Positions 31,338 to 40,552 of a DNA stretch of 64,000 nucleotides are shown here, one piece after another. The position numbers and the translations under genes were made by a program. The stretch comes from Candidatus Thorarchaeota archaeon (lineage in GTDB: Archaea > Asgardarchaeota > Thorarchaeia > Thorarchaeales > Thorarchaeaceae), in assembly GCA_030612005.1 (NCBI GenBank), contig JAUWOU010000001.1:14612-78611 (forward strand), in the 5' to 3' direction. Each line of letters begins with the position of its first letter. Within the stretch, counting starts at the first letter, position 1. Below the pieces are notes generated by a model. The model was not told the DNA's origin, searched no databases, and worked only from the letters and a program-made list of their open reading frames with translations.

Positions 31338-31814
31338 GTGCTTTCTGTTAGACTATTAACCCAAATGGATAGAGATTGGGTGATAAAGGTCCTCCTTGAA
31401 AATTGGGCTTCGACAATCATTGTGACCAGAGGGAGTAGTTATGAAGCTGAGAACCTCCTTGGATTTGTAGCAGAGATAGATGGAAAGCGATTTGGTCTTC
31501 TGACGTACAATGTTAAAAATGAAGAACTTGAAATTGTAACGATGAATGCGATTGAGGAGAGAAAAGGCATTGGAACAGCTCTCCTTGATGAAATTGAGAG
31601 TCTTGCAAAACAGAAAAACTGTAAACGCCTTTGGCTTATCACAACAAATGATAATCTCGATGCTCTACGATTCTATCAAAAAAGAGGATTTGAGATAAGA
31701 GCAGTTCATCGACATTCAATCGAAGAATCAAGAAAGATTAAACCACAAATACCATTGATTGGAAATTACGGAATCCCAATTAGAGATGAAATTGAGATGG
31801 AAAAAAAGCTTTGA
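31338..31814 (+). CDS. GNAT-family N-acetyltransferase
   Basis: RKGIGTALL acetyl-CoA motif and ...LRFYQKRGFE C-terminal GNAT signature. Confidence 0.65.
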   Translation: MLSVRLLTQMDRDWVIKVLLENWASTIIVTRGSSYEAENLLGFVAEIDGKRFGLLTYNVKNEELEIVTMNAIEERKGIGTALLDEIESLAKQKNCKRLWLITTNDNLDALRFYQKRGFEIRAVHRHSIEESRKIKPQIPLIGNYGIPIRDEIEMEKKL

Positions 31815-31872
31815 ATTTAGATAACGTAGGTTTAAAACTGTCACGACCTAAACAGTGGAAGGAGACCACCTT

Positions 31873-32022
31873 ATGACAGATGAAGACAAGGATAATGAGG
31901 AAATCGTAGAATCCCAGATTAGCAAGCGTGATAAAAGAGAGCTGGAAAGGGGAGCTTGTGTTAACTGTGCGATTGCATCATTCATTATTACATTTCTAAT
32001 GGTTATCGCTTTAGTGTTGTAA
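31873..32022 (+). CDS. unannotated 49-aa tail-anchored micro-protein (acidic N-terminus, CxxC, C-terminal TM)
   Basis: ATG preceded by AAGGAGACC RBS. MTDEDKDNEEIVESQISKRDKRELERGACVNCAIASFIITFLMVIALVL. Not in the ORF track (<60 aa). Confidence 0.3.
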   Translation: MTDEDKDNEEIVESQISKRDKRELERGACVNCAIASFIITFLMVIALVL

Positions 32023-32156
32023 CCTGGTTGAAGAATAAATGACATTTCTAATAGACCCAGCAATTTTGATTATCTTTTCGTTGGTCACATTTCAAGAATT
32101 AAAATGAAAAAGATGAAGAGGAGGGTTCCTAAAAACCCTCATCATTTCTACTCTAT

Positions 32157-33524
32157 TTATTGATCGTCATCATCATCGCCGAGGCGCTTAGGAGCACCTA
32201 ATCGACCAGTGCTCTCAAACCTACCATCGTCGCGATCAGGTTCAGGAGCAGCAGAGTATCTCTCAGTAGGTCGAGATTCTTCTTCCTCTGTGAGCTCTTC
32301 AGCAATATCAGAATCCACCTCGTCGGGATCGAGTTGTTCGCCTTCATCTCGGGCTCTTTCTATAACCCGTCCAGCACGTTCAACACGTAGATAGTAAATT
32401 GCAGTAAAGATTGCAATTAGTGGAAATGCTATCATTTTTGATACATCTCTAAAGAGGAATAAGAATCTGGGATCTGTGAAGATACCTCCGGCATGGAACC
32501 ATGACCAGATCAGAGTTGTATTGTTAGATGCAACTGCAATGATAGAATCAACAAAGAAGAAACCACTTGCTAAGAAGAATGTCAATAGGGGGGCAAAATC
32601 ACCAGTTCGCGCACGTGATTCTTCAACTGCTTCGGATATTGTACTCCCAATACCACTCATCGCATATATCAAGAAGAATACTGACATCGCGATGTCTGCT
32701 GGTTCCAGTCCAAAAATGTCACTTCTTCGCATTACATTGATTAAGAAATATCCAGCATAGATTGCAATAAAGAGTGTAAGAACGGCAATGTTCAATGCTG
32801 CGCCTCTTCCAGAGTAACGAAGGAATGCTAGCAGCATTATGACAGCAAATATTCCCATCATCACATAAGCTATGATAAGGAAGTTGAACTGATTAGCGAT
32901 ATTTTGTGATGCCATTGAAAAGATACCATCAACCATCGTTCCTATTCCAAAGATATCATTGGGAATCATGTACAACGCGATAATTGCTTCAGCTGCAATA
33001 ATTCCAATGCCTATGATTAGAAGAATGAAGCTTCCAATGCCAAGGAGGAATCCTCCCTTTTTCGGCTCAGCTAGGGTTGCAACTCGTAGACCAGTTCGAG
33101 TTGAGAGATATGCCTGAAATGAAATCCAACCTAACCAGCAGATTACTGCAAAGAAAAGTAGCGCAATTGGTCCTGCAATAATAGATAGGAATACAGAGAG
33201 TGCAAAAGAAATTGCCATCCAGCTGATTCCTTTCAACTCGGTGGTTCTTCCTCTGCTACGTCTTGTTATCCAAAGCTTATCGGCTCTTACTCCCATAAAG
33301 AGCGCACCTAGTGCAAAATAGATTGTACCAGCAGATCCAACATACACAAAGAAATTGACCAACAATACTTCGACATCAGTTCCTGCAGTCAGAGTCATCA
33401 AACCCGAAACAAATAGACCAAGAAATGTGGTGGCTACAAATATAATGGAATACGCCAAGTACCTTCTAGTCTTAAGGAACACGCGCAAACCTTCAACAAT
33501 TCCAGATAATAACGGGATATTCAA
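32157..33524 (-). CDS. polytopic membrane protein (~10 TM) with highly acidic C-terminal tail
   Basis: 455 aa, many TM helices; the C-terminal 80 aa is D/E-rich and ends DDDDDQ. No transporter signature recognised. Confidence 0.5.
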   Translation of the reverse strand: MNIPLLSGIVEGLRVFLKTRRYLAYSIIFVATTFLGLFVSGLMTLTAGTDVEVLLVNFFVYVGSAGTIYFALGALFMGVRADKLWITRRSRGRTTELKGISWMAISFALSVFLSIIAGPIALLFFAVICWLGWISFQAYLSTRTGLRVATLAEPKKGGFLLGIGSFILLIIGIGIIAAEAIIALYMIPNDIFGIGTMVDGIFSMASQNIANQFNFLIIAYVMMGIFAVIMLLAFLRYSGRGAALNIAVLTLFIAIYAGYFLINVMRRSDIFGLEPADIAMSVFFLIYAMSGIGSTISEAVEESRARTGDFAPLLTFFLASGFFFVDSIIAVASNNTTLIWSWFHAGGIFTDPRFLFLFRDVSKMIAFPLIAIFTAIYYLRVERAGRVIERARDEGEQLDPDEVDSDIAEELTEEEESRPTERYSAAPEPDRDDGRFESTGRLGAPKRLGDDDDDQ

Positions 33525-33662
33525 TTCAACAGCCTCCCTAGATGCTTCTCGTTAGTACTTGGAACTTTTTAAGCCTTCTCGGAACAGAATTTCCGTTTCT
33601 CCAGTGAAAGATAAGAAGGTTAATAGTCAATGACAGCGAGCTAATTACGGGGATTAGTACCT

Positions 33663-36290
33663 ATGGTAGTGCGTGTATTAATGGTCGATGACGATTCTGT
33701 TCATCTAGAGCTCAGTGAACGATTTCTTACTCGTCAAAGTTCAGATTACAAAATAATTGCAGTTGAAACCGGCGAAGAAGCTATGAATCTCCTCAAGGAC
33801 GAGAATTTTGATGCTGCGGTTTGTGATATTGATCTTGCAACGGATTCCATGAGTGGTCTTGATATTCTAGAGCAAATTAGGAGTTCAGGGGAAGACGTAC
33901 CTGTTATCATCTTCACTGGAAAGAGCAGAGAGGAATTTGCTATTCAAGCACTGAATCTTGGTGCAGACTATTACATTCGAAAGAGCTCGACTAATATCGA
34001 AGCACTATATGCAGAACTATCATATTACATACTGACTGCGGTGGAGAAACGTAAGACAAAGAAAGCACTCCAAGATTCGGAATTGAAACTTAGAGTCAGT
34101 GAAGCACGTCTAGAAGAGGCTCAACGCATTGCACATTCAGGTAGCTGGGTTTGGGAAATTGAAGAGAATAGAATAAGCTGGTCTGATGAGATATATCGAA
34201 TCTTTGGTTTGGCACCACAGGAATTCTCAGCAACCTATGAAGCATTCTTAGAATCAGTTCATTCCGATGATAGAGAACTTGTGAAATCCTCAGTTGATGC
34301 AGCCATTCACAAAAAAATACCTTACTGTATTGATCATAGAATTATCCTACCAGATGGAAGCATCCGTTATGTTCACGAAGAAGGTGAAGTCACCTATAAT
34401 GAAAAAGGAAAACCTGTTCAAATGATGGGAACCGTTCATGATATCACAGAACGAATTGAGGTTGAAACCCAGTTACGTGATGAGCGAGATAAAGCCCAGA
34501 AATATCTCGATTTAGCTGAGACAGTAATCATTGCACTTGATACATCCTTCAATATTACAATGATTAATCGAAAGGGTTGTGACATGTTAGGTTACGAGGA
34601 ACATGATGTGATTGGAAAGAACTGGGTAGAATCATTCATACCAAAACAGCTTCAAGAGCAAGCCTATAGTCATCTGAAATCTCTATTATCAATGGAATAC
34701 AAAGAAGGACTCAGCAGTAATTTTACAATTGTTACAAAATCTAGCGAAGAAAGAACGATTCAATGTCAAGACACTGCAATATGTGATGATGAGGGCCATG
34801 TCACAGCAATTCTCTGTTCTGCGCAATTAATCGATGAAACTCTCAATGGAGATGTGTCCGAAGAAATACTTGTTTCCCGAGCATTCATAATAGATGAGGA
34901 GATGTTCAGAGAAATCTTCGAGGAGTCACCAATATGCATAGAACTCTTTGATTCGGACGGGATTCTTACTGGAGCAAACAGACAGACCGTAGAACTCTTT
35001 GGAGTTAAAGGAGTTGAGGATCTTATTGGATTTGATCTTTTCAATGACCCAAATACTCCAGATATCGTTAAAGAGGAGCTACGCAAGGGTAATTCAATTT
35101 CGGTAGAAACACGATTTGACTTTTCAAGAGTACATCTTCATAATCAGTATGAATCATCAAAGACGGGTATCATGCATTTGCAGGCTATGTTCTCGCCACT
35201 TCGTTATGGGAGAGAAGAAAGTCTCCAAGGATTCATCATCCATATTCAAGATGTGACTGATAGATACGTTGCTGAGCAATCATTAATGGAAAGTCGAGAG
35301 AGTTTCAAGGAGCTCTACAATAATGCGCTCATTGGTCTCTTCAGAGTAAGAATATCGGATGGGATGATTCTTGAATGCAACGATCAATTCGCAATAATCT
35401 TCAATTTTGAAAATAGACAGTTTCTCATTGATAGTGCTTGTTTCTTCAAGGATTTCCTACCAAGCTCTGGCACGTGGACTAAATTAAGAGGTTCAATTAA
35501 GGAACGTGAACGACTTGTAACCGAATTATCAGTTAAAACAAAAGACGGTAAGCGCCTTTGGTTGCGGTTCTCCCTTCGAATGTGGCCAGAAAAAGGATAC
35601 ATTGAGGGAGTGATATCTGATATTACTCAACAGAAACAAGCACTCGAAATGCTCAGGAAACAAAAAGAAGAACTCAGTGATTTTGCACATACAATGAGTC
35701 ACGATTTGAAAAACATCTTTCAAAATATGGTTGGTTTTATCGAGCTGATGGAGGATGAGAACGATTTCACTCATCTAGAACGCCTCCACGCCTTAGTCTT
35801 TGAAACCGGTCAACTCGTCGACCACTCTGTTATACTTGCAGATGCAGGAATGATTGTTGAAGAGCTACTCGTAACAGTAGATCTTGACAAAATTGTTAGA
35901 CTCGTAGCAGAATCAACGATACCTGAACTCATTGAATATATTCAGGACCCATTACCGAATGTAAAAGCAGATGAAATGAAAGTAACACAGATCTTCCGAA
36001 ACTTGTTTGACAATGCGGTAAATCATGGAAACCCCACCAAGATTGAGGTGAAGTGTGAAATTAGACAAGGCAAGTTATGTATCACAATAAGAAACAATGG
36101 GATAGAAATTCCTGAGCAGATCAGATCAAAGATTTTCACGAAAGGCTTCACAACAAGTAAGTCAGGTCAAGGATTTGGTCTTACAATCGTAAAACGGATC
36201 GCTGAGGCACATAATTGGACTATACAGCTCACATCTTCGCGGATGACCACTTTTGAACTCATTATTCCTGAGCAAAACACATCAGAATAA
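33663..36290 (+). CDS. hybrid sensor histidine kinase: N-terminal receiver (REC) + multiple PAS domains + HisKA + HATPase_c
   Basis: REC acidic pocket (VLMVDDD...CDIDL). Repeated PAS-like segments. H-box FAHTMSHDLKN, N-box NLFDNAVNHG, G-box GQGFGLTIV. Confidence 0.85.
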   Translation: MVVRVLMVDDDSVHLELSERFLTRQSSDYKIIAVETGEEAMNLLKDENFDAAVCDIDLATDSMSGLDILEQIRSSGEDVPVIIFTGKSREEFAIQALNLGADYYIRKSSTNIEALYAELSYYILTAVEKRKTKKALQDSELKLRVSEARLEEAQRIAHSGSWVWEIEENRISWSDEIYRIFGLAPQEFSATYEAFLESVHSDDRELVKSSVDAAIHKKIPYCIDHRIILPDGSIRYVHEEGEVTYNEKGKPVQMMGTVHDITERIEVETQLRDERDKAQKYLDLAETVIIALDTSFNITMINRKGCDMLGYEEHDVIGKNWVESFIPKQLQEQAYSHLKSLLSMEYKEGLSSNFTIVTKSSEERTIQCQDTAICDDEGHVTAILCSAQLIDETLNGDVSEEILVSRAFIIDEEMFREIFEESPICIELFDSDGILTGANRQTVELFGVKGVEDLIGFDLFNDPNTPDIVKEELRKGNSISVETRFDFSRVHLHNQYESSKTGIMHLQAMFSPLRYGREESLQGFIIHIQDVTDRYVAEQSLMESRESFKELYNNALIGLFRVRISDGMILECNDQFAIIFNFENRQFLIDSACFFKDFLPSSGTWTKLRGSIKERERLVTELSVKTKDGKRLWLRFSLRMWPEKGYIEGVISDITQQKQALEMLRKQKEELSDFAHTMSHDLKNIFQNMVGFIELMEDENDFTHLERLHALVFETGQLVDHSVILADAGMIVEELLVTVDLDKIVRLVAESTIPELIEYIQDPLPNVKADEMKVTQIFRNLFDNAVNHGNPTKIEVKCEIRQGKLCITIRNNGIEIPEQIRSKIFTKGFTTSKSGQGFGLTIVKRIAEAHNWTIQLTSSRMTTFELIIPEQNTSE

Positions 36291-36404
36291 TCAGTTTTGA
36301 AGCGGTTTTAGTCAATCACTCGCTTACACAATACAACATCCTTAATAGGTCAAATTATGTAATTATATCTGTGGTCAGTGGAATTATGTAGGGTCTCGTT
36401 TTCG

Positions 36405-36510
36405 TAACATGCCCTCATTACATAACTCCCCCCCTCCTACCACATGAGCCCTGCTGTCCCTGGCCACACCTCTTCACACTCACCTCTTCTCCTCTTACGT
36501 AATTTTGTTC
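36405..36510. other. ~100-nt polypyrimidine (C/T-rich, nearly G-free on + strand) tract in a 255-nt convergent intergenic region
   Basis: The tract (ctccccccctcctaccac...cctcttcacactcacctcttctcctcttac) shows strong local strand-composition asymmetry unlike its surroundings. It is followed by the GGCGCGCC palindrome at 36511-36518. Confidence 0.3.
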
Positions 36511-36545
36511 GGCGCGCCAATATTCATTCTGAAGAGATTCAGATG

Positions 36546-37451
36546 TTAGTTGGATTTGAACTTGAGCGTCGAACCAACACCGATTTCTTTGAATATATCC
36601 TCGAATGCGTACATGAGTGCGGCCTGCCCCCGAAGGCCGGTGCAGTGACATGGTGCTAAGGTTGCGAGAGGGAAACCTTTCAGATGCTCAATCGTCTTAG
36701 TCAGCCGTTCCTTTGAGGCATTATAAAGGTGCAAGCCTCCAGTAACTGCAACGATGGAAGAAGTCCCAGTAATGGTAGTTGCATGATTCATTGTGTTTGC
36801 AATACCAGCATGACAACATCCGGCCAGGATGACAACGGAACCATCTTTCAATTGGAAAATCAATGATAGATCATCATCAACCTTGTCTGGAATTTTCTTC
36901 CCATCTTTAATCGTATGAACCTTGGTCAGGTTTCCAGTAAGTTTCTCAAAATCGTTAGTTCGTGGGACTTCTCCAGTAGTCCAAATCCCTTCACTAATTG
37001 AATAGGGTTCAGTAGTTTCAATGACCTCAGTAGAGCTCTGCAATTCGTCAGCAGAGAAGTACTTCTTAATCCCAACATCTTGCTCCTTTCCATCATCAGC
37101 GGTAAAGATTTTTGGAGCTAGGGCGTTAGGATGGTAGATAACTGGAATTCTATTACCGGTCCAAGATAATACATCCATAAGACCGCCTACGTGATCCCAA
37201 TGGCCATGACTGAGAAGGATCATATCAATTGAAGTGCTATCAATTTCTCCAACTTTGAGATTGTGCATCAGAGCAGGAGTGGCGCCAGCTGTATCGAATA
37301 ACAATCTGATATTGCTCATGTCATCATAGAATATGTCTACAAGTGCTGCAAATCCAGCTTCACCCATTAAGTTCCGTACACTTGCTTTTCCATCGACTAT
37401 TATACGAATGTAAATCTCATCAATTGCCTTAACCATCACAACCAATTCCAA
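36546..37451 (-). CDS. MBL-fold metallo-hydrolase
   Basis: HGHWDHVGG (HxHxDH) motif and later CCHAGI / APCHCTG metal-ligand motifs. Confidence 0.7.
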   Translation of the reverse strand: MELVVMVKAIDEIYIRIIVDGKASVRNLMGEAGFAALVDIFYDDMSNIRLLFDTAGATPALMHNLKVGEIDSTSIDMILLSHGHWDHVGGLMDVLSWTGNRIPVIYHPNALAPKIFTADDGKEQDVGIKKYFSADELQSSTEVIETTEPYSISEGIWTTGEVPRTNDFEKLTGNLTKVHTIKDGKKIPDKVDDDLSLIFQLKDGSVVILAGCCHAGIANTMNHATTITGTSSIVAVTGGLHLYNASKERLTKTIEHLKGFPLATLAPCHCTGLRGQAALMYAFEDIFKEIGVGSTLKFKSN

Positions 37452-37584
37452 ATGTATTGATTGATTGAGATTCTCCGGACTTATTTGTATTTCACTTTCA
37501 TGTCTTGAATCCGAAACACAATTCTTCGAAATTACGTCACTTCAAAGTACAACAGTAGCATATATTCAGAAGAGCTCTTAAGGT

Positions 37585-38634
37585 ATGGCTTGTTTTTGCT
37601 GTTTCAAGGATGCTAATATGATACAGACAAATGTCCTATTCATTTGGGATGTCAGAGAAGAACTACAAGACTATCTTCGTGAAGGATTGGTAGAGGTTCA
37701 AAATCTAAACTTGATCTTTCTCGAAGATACTTCTGAAGAAACTCTTCTGAAGCACGTACCTGATGCCCAGATTGTTATTGGTTGGAGACCAAAACGGGAG
37801 TTTCTCGACTCTGCACTAAACCTGAAGATGTTCATCAATCCCGGTGTAGGCGTTCAGCATCACATCGATACCTTCCGAGAGCTTACACAATCAAGAAAAA
37901 TCACACTCATCAATGGACATGGAAATACTTACTTCACAGCTCAACATGCAGTGGCATTACTATTAACTCTCACGAATAGAATAGCATTACATCACAACTG
38001 GATGATGAAAGGTCTATGGCGTAGAGGTGACTCTTATGCAAAATCGATACCAATGAGAGACCGTAAGATTGGACTTCTAGGATATGGTGCAGTTAACAAA
38101 AAAGTACACAAATTTCTGTCAGGTTTTAATGTTGAGTTCCTGATATTGAAGAGAACTTGGAAAGGAGATGAAGATTTTCCAACACCGGTAAAACAATTTC
38201 TACCTAAGGATCGTGACACATTCCTAGAGGAAACGGACACGCTTATGATTGCAGTCCCTCAAACAGAAGAAACCATAGGTATGATTGGTGAGCATGAGCT
38301 TAGACTCCTTGGAGCCGAAAGTTTTCTTGTCAACATATCTCGCGGAATTGTAGTTGACGAAGAAGCACTTTACAAAGCACTAACTCAGAAAACCATCGCA
38401 GGCGCAGCCATTGACGTATGGTACGAGTACAAACCAAAACCAGATGTAGATGGTCGTAAGTTTCCTACAAGATTCCCATTCCATGAACTAGATAATGTTG
38501 TCCTCTCACCACATAGAGGTGCGTCTCCAATGGATGACTTGAAGAGATGGGATGAGGTCATTGAGAATATTCGTAGATTCGCTGAAGGTAGGGACGAGTT
38601 CATCAATGTCGTTGAACTCGACCGAGCGTATTAG
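37585..38634 (+). CDS. D-isomer-specific 2-hydroxyacid dehydrogenase family (NAD-binding)
   Basis: Rossmann GxGxxG (GLLGYGAVNKK) and a catalytic-domain pattern with HRGAS near the C-terminus. Confidence 0.7.
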   Translation: MACFCCFKDANMIQTNVLFIWDVREELQDYLREGLVEVQNLNLIFLEDTSEETLLKHVPDAQIVIGWRPKREFLDSALNLKMFINPGVGVQHHIDTFRELTQSRKITLINGHGNTYFTAQHAVALLLTLTNRIALHHNWMMKGLWRRGDSYAKSIPMRDRKIGLLGYGAVNKKVHKFLSGFNVEFLILKRTWKGDEDFPTPVKQFLPKDRDTFLEETDTLMIAVPQTEETIGMIGEHELRLLGAESFLVNISRGIVVDEEALYKALTQKTIAGAAIDVWYEYKPKPDVDGRKFPTRFPFHELDNVVLSPHRGASPMDDLKRWDEVIENIRRFAEGRDEFINVVELDRAY

Positions 38635-38638
38635 CTCT

Positions 38639-39502
38639 CTATACATCTTCCAATTCATCTAATTTTAGAGTCAGTTTTCGAGGGTTAGCAAGCAAACTGA
38701 TTTCATATCTATGTTGTTTTGGAACTTTCTCTTCTCCTTTCTTCCATAGATGAATTCCTTTTTTGATCTTGTCTCGAATCTCTTTACGATAAGCAATCAT
38801 GATTGAAAAACATTGAAGGATTCTACAGAACCATTCATTCTCTGCAAGAACTGGATCTTTCACCTCTACTACGAACTCGCCTCCAATATCACCAAATTTG
38901 CTATCAATACTAGCAACTTTCTGATTTCCGTTCAATCTGACTACATTGAAATCATCGCCCAGTGAAGCTCGAGCCCCTTCGATTCTGAAAGGCTCAAAGG
39001 AATTGTCGGGTCCGAGAATGTAAAAGGAGTAATTCTCGGTTGATAGTTTTCCTCGCTTTTGCTGCCTAACCCAAGTGATAATTTCACTATCTCTGGTTAG
39101 AACAAGAAATGAAACAAGAGGTTCATCAGAAACAAAACTGGTCGCATATTCATCTGCAATCATCTCTTCCATCGTGGCTATCCATCCACCACTACTAGTA
39201 AAGAGTTTGACAACAAGTCTTCTATCTAACTTATCCACTTCCCCCCAAAGTCTGTGACGGCGTATAATGAATCCAGCTTTCTCCATGGAGGGTAACTTCT
39301 CTTTGTCATTGGAGCGTTGAGCAGTCGCAATATTCCCAATGATATCAGCATCCTTGGTGAACTGTCGACTCTTCGAACGCCACATCTCAACTTGACGAAA
39401 TCCGATCGCTTCACCGTGAAGACGTGTCGAATGTAGATCTTGTGAAAAAACACGATAAATTGGTCCAACCTTTCTCTTATCATCATCTGGCAATTCAATC
39501 AC
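38639..39502 (-). CDS. hypothetical protein, possible LOR/Tubby-C-terminal-like (DUF567) beta-barrel
   Basis: Repeated strand-turn motifs (FYILGPDNSFEPFRIEG; VVRLNGNQKVASIDSKF..GGEFVVEV) reminiscent of the LURP-one-related/scramblase-like fold. Speculative. Confidence 0.35.
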   Translation of the reverse strand: MIELPDDDKRKVGPIYRVFSQDLHSTRLHGEAIGFRQVEMWRSKSRQFTKDADIIGNIATAQRSNDKEKLPSMEKAGFIIRRHRLWGEVDKLDRRLVVKLFTSSGGWIATMEEMIADEYATSFVSDEPLVSFLVLTRDSEIITWVRQQKRGKLSTENYSFYILGPDNSFEPFRIEGARASLGDDFNVVRLNGNQKVASIDSKFGDIGGEFVVEVKDPVLAENEWFCRILQCFSIMIAYRKEIRDKIKKGIHLWKKGEEKVPKQHRYEISLLANPRKLTLKLDELEDV

Positions 39503-39544
39503 TCAAGTTCTTATGTAACATAGATTATTGATAAACCTTAGTCC

Positions 39545-39576
39545 GAGCTTCTGTCGAAAGCTTAAAACAGAAGCTC
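39545..39576. promoter_or_regulatory. perfect 10-bp inverted repeat GAGCTTCTGT-N12-ACAGAAGCTC (central AAGCTT palindrome) 15 nt upstream of the 39592 start codon
   Basis: Seen directly in the divergent intergenic region between 38639..39502(-) and 39592..40545(+). Confidence 0.4.
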
Positions 39577-39591
39577 AACGGATACTGAGCC

Positions 39592-40545
39592 ATGAAACTA
39601 GGTGATATCTACAAAAAGATAGTCGATATGGGGATTGATGCTGACCCCAGAGGACGTGAGAGAGTTAACCAGATTCTTGAGAAGTCCAAAAAAGATTTGG
39701 ATAAGTTAGAAGGTAAGAAAAAGGAACTTGCGGACAGAGATGTCACTTGGAATCCTTACACAGATTGTAGACTTCTATATGGAGATGAAGATAGGGAGAT
39801 AACAAGCCTCCTCAGTGGAATTGATATCGGCACAGGCGAAATTGTCCTTGCTGATAGACTTGGGGATAAAGGCACCAAGATTGACCTTGTATTAGCTCAT
39901 CATCCTCATGGAATAGGTATGTCAAACCTGGACTACGTTATGAAGATTCAACCCGAGCAATGGGCAGCAGTTGGAGTACCAATTGCTCAAGCAGAGTCTG
40001 CGATGGCTGCTAGATTGAAAGAGGTGCATTTTGCAACCAAGCCACGCAACCATACTCAAACAACAGATGCAGCAAGATTGGTCGATATGCCATTTGTTTG
40101 TTGTCATACCCCTGCAGATTCTATAGGGTTCCAATTTCTGACAAAGTACCTGAAAGATAAAGACCCAAGTACATTGGGAGACCTCGTTGAAGTATTGCTA
40201 GAGATTCCAGAATATCAAGAAGCTGAGAAAATAGGTGCAGGGCCAGAGATACTAGTTGGTAGCCCAGGTGGAAGTGTTGGTGAGAAGTTCGTATTCTTCA
40301 CGGGAGGTACATCAGCAGGACCAAAGTCAATACCGAAACTTGCTCATGCTGGAGTAAGCACCATCGTTACGATGCATATGGGTGAAGATGTAAAGAAGGC
40401 ATGTGAAGAGGAAGGTCTCTATGTTGTTATTGCAGGGCACGACAGTTCAGATTCAATAGGTATGAACATTATATTGGATGAACTTCAGAAGGAAGGTATA
40501 ACTTCTTACACTTGCTCAGGTTTTACAAGACATAGTAGGCTATAG
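39592..40545 (+). CDS. hypothetical protein, possibly Nif3-like dinuclear-metal-centre family
   Basis: LVLAHHPHG and VVIAGHDSSDSIG resemble the paired-His motifs of Nif3/YbgI-type proteins. Weak. Confidence 0.35.
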   Translation: MKLGDIYKKIVDMGIDADPRGRERVNQILEKSKKDLDKLEGKKKELADRDVTWNPYTDCRLLYGDEDREITSLLSGIDIGTGEIVLADRLGDKGTKIDLVLAHHPHGIGMSNLDYVMKIQPEQWAAVGVPIAQAESAMAARLKEVHFATKPRNHTQTTDAARLVDMPFVCCHTPADSIGFQFLTKYLKDKDPSTLGDLVEVLLEIPEYQEAEKIGAGPEILVGSPGGSVGEKFVFFTGGTSAGPKSIPKLAHAGVSTIVTMHMGEDVKKACEEEGLYVVIAGHDSSDSIGMNIILDELQKEGITSYTCSGFTRHSRL

Positions 40546-40552
40546 AAGAACT

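Noticed and set aside
36546-36580. T-loop-like GGTTCGA / TTCAAATCC strings suggesting a tRNA 3' half on the minus strand
   Set aside because: They lie inside the conserved C-terminal coding sequence of the MBL hydrolase (…GVGSTLKFKSN). No acceptor or anticodon arms can be built. It is a coincidental match.
36418-36659. Two overlapping track ORFs (36418..36651 minus, 36444..36659 plus) in the HK/MBL convergent intergenic region
   Set aside because: Both are encoded by the pyrimidine-pure low-complexity tract, giving P/S/L- or G/R-rich nonsense-like products. One also overlaps the real MBL hydrolase C-terminus. I treated them as non-coding.
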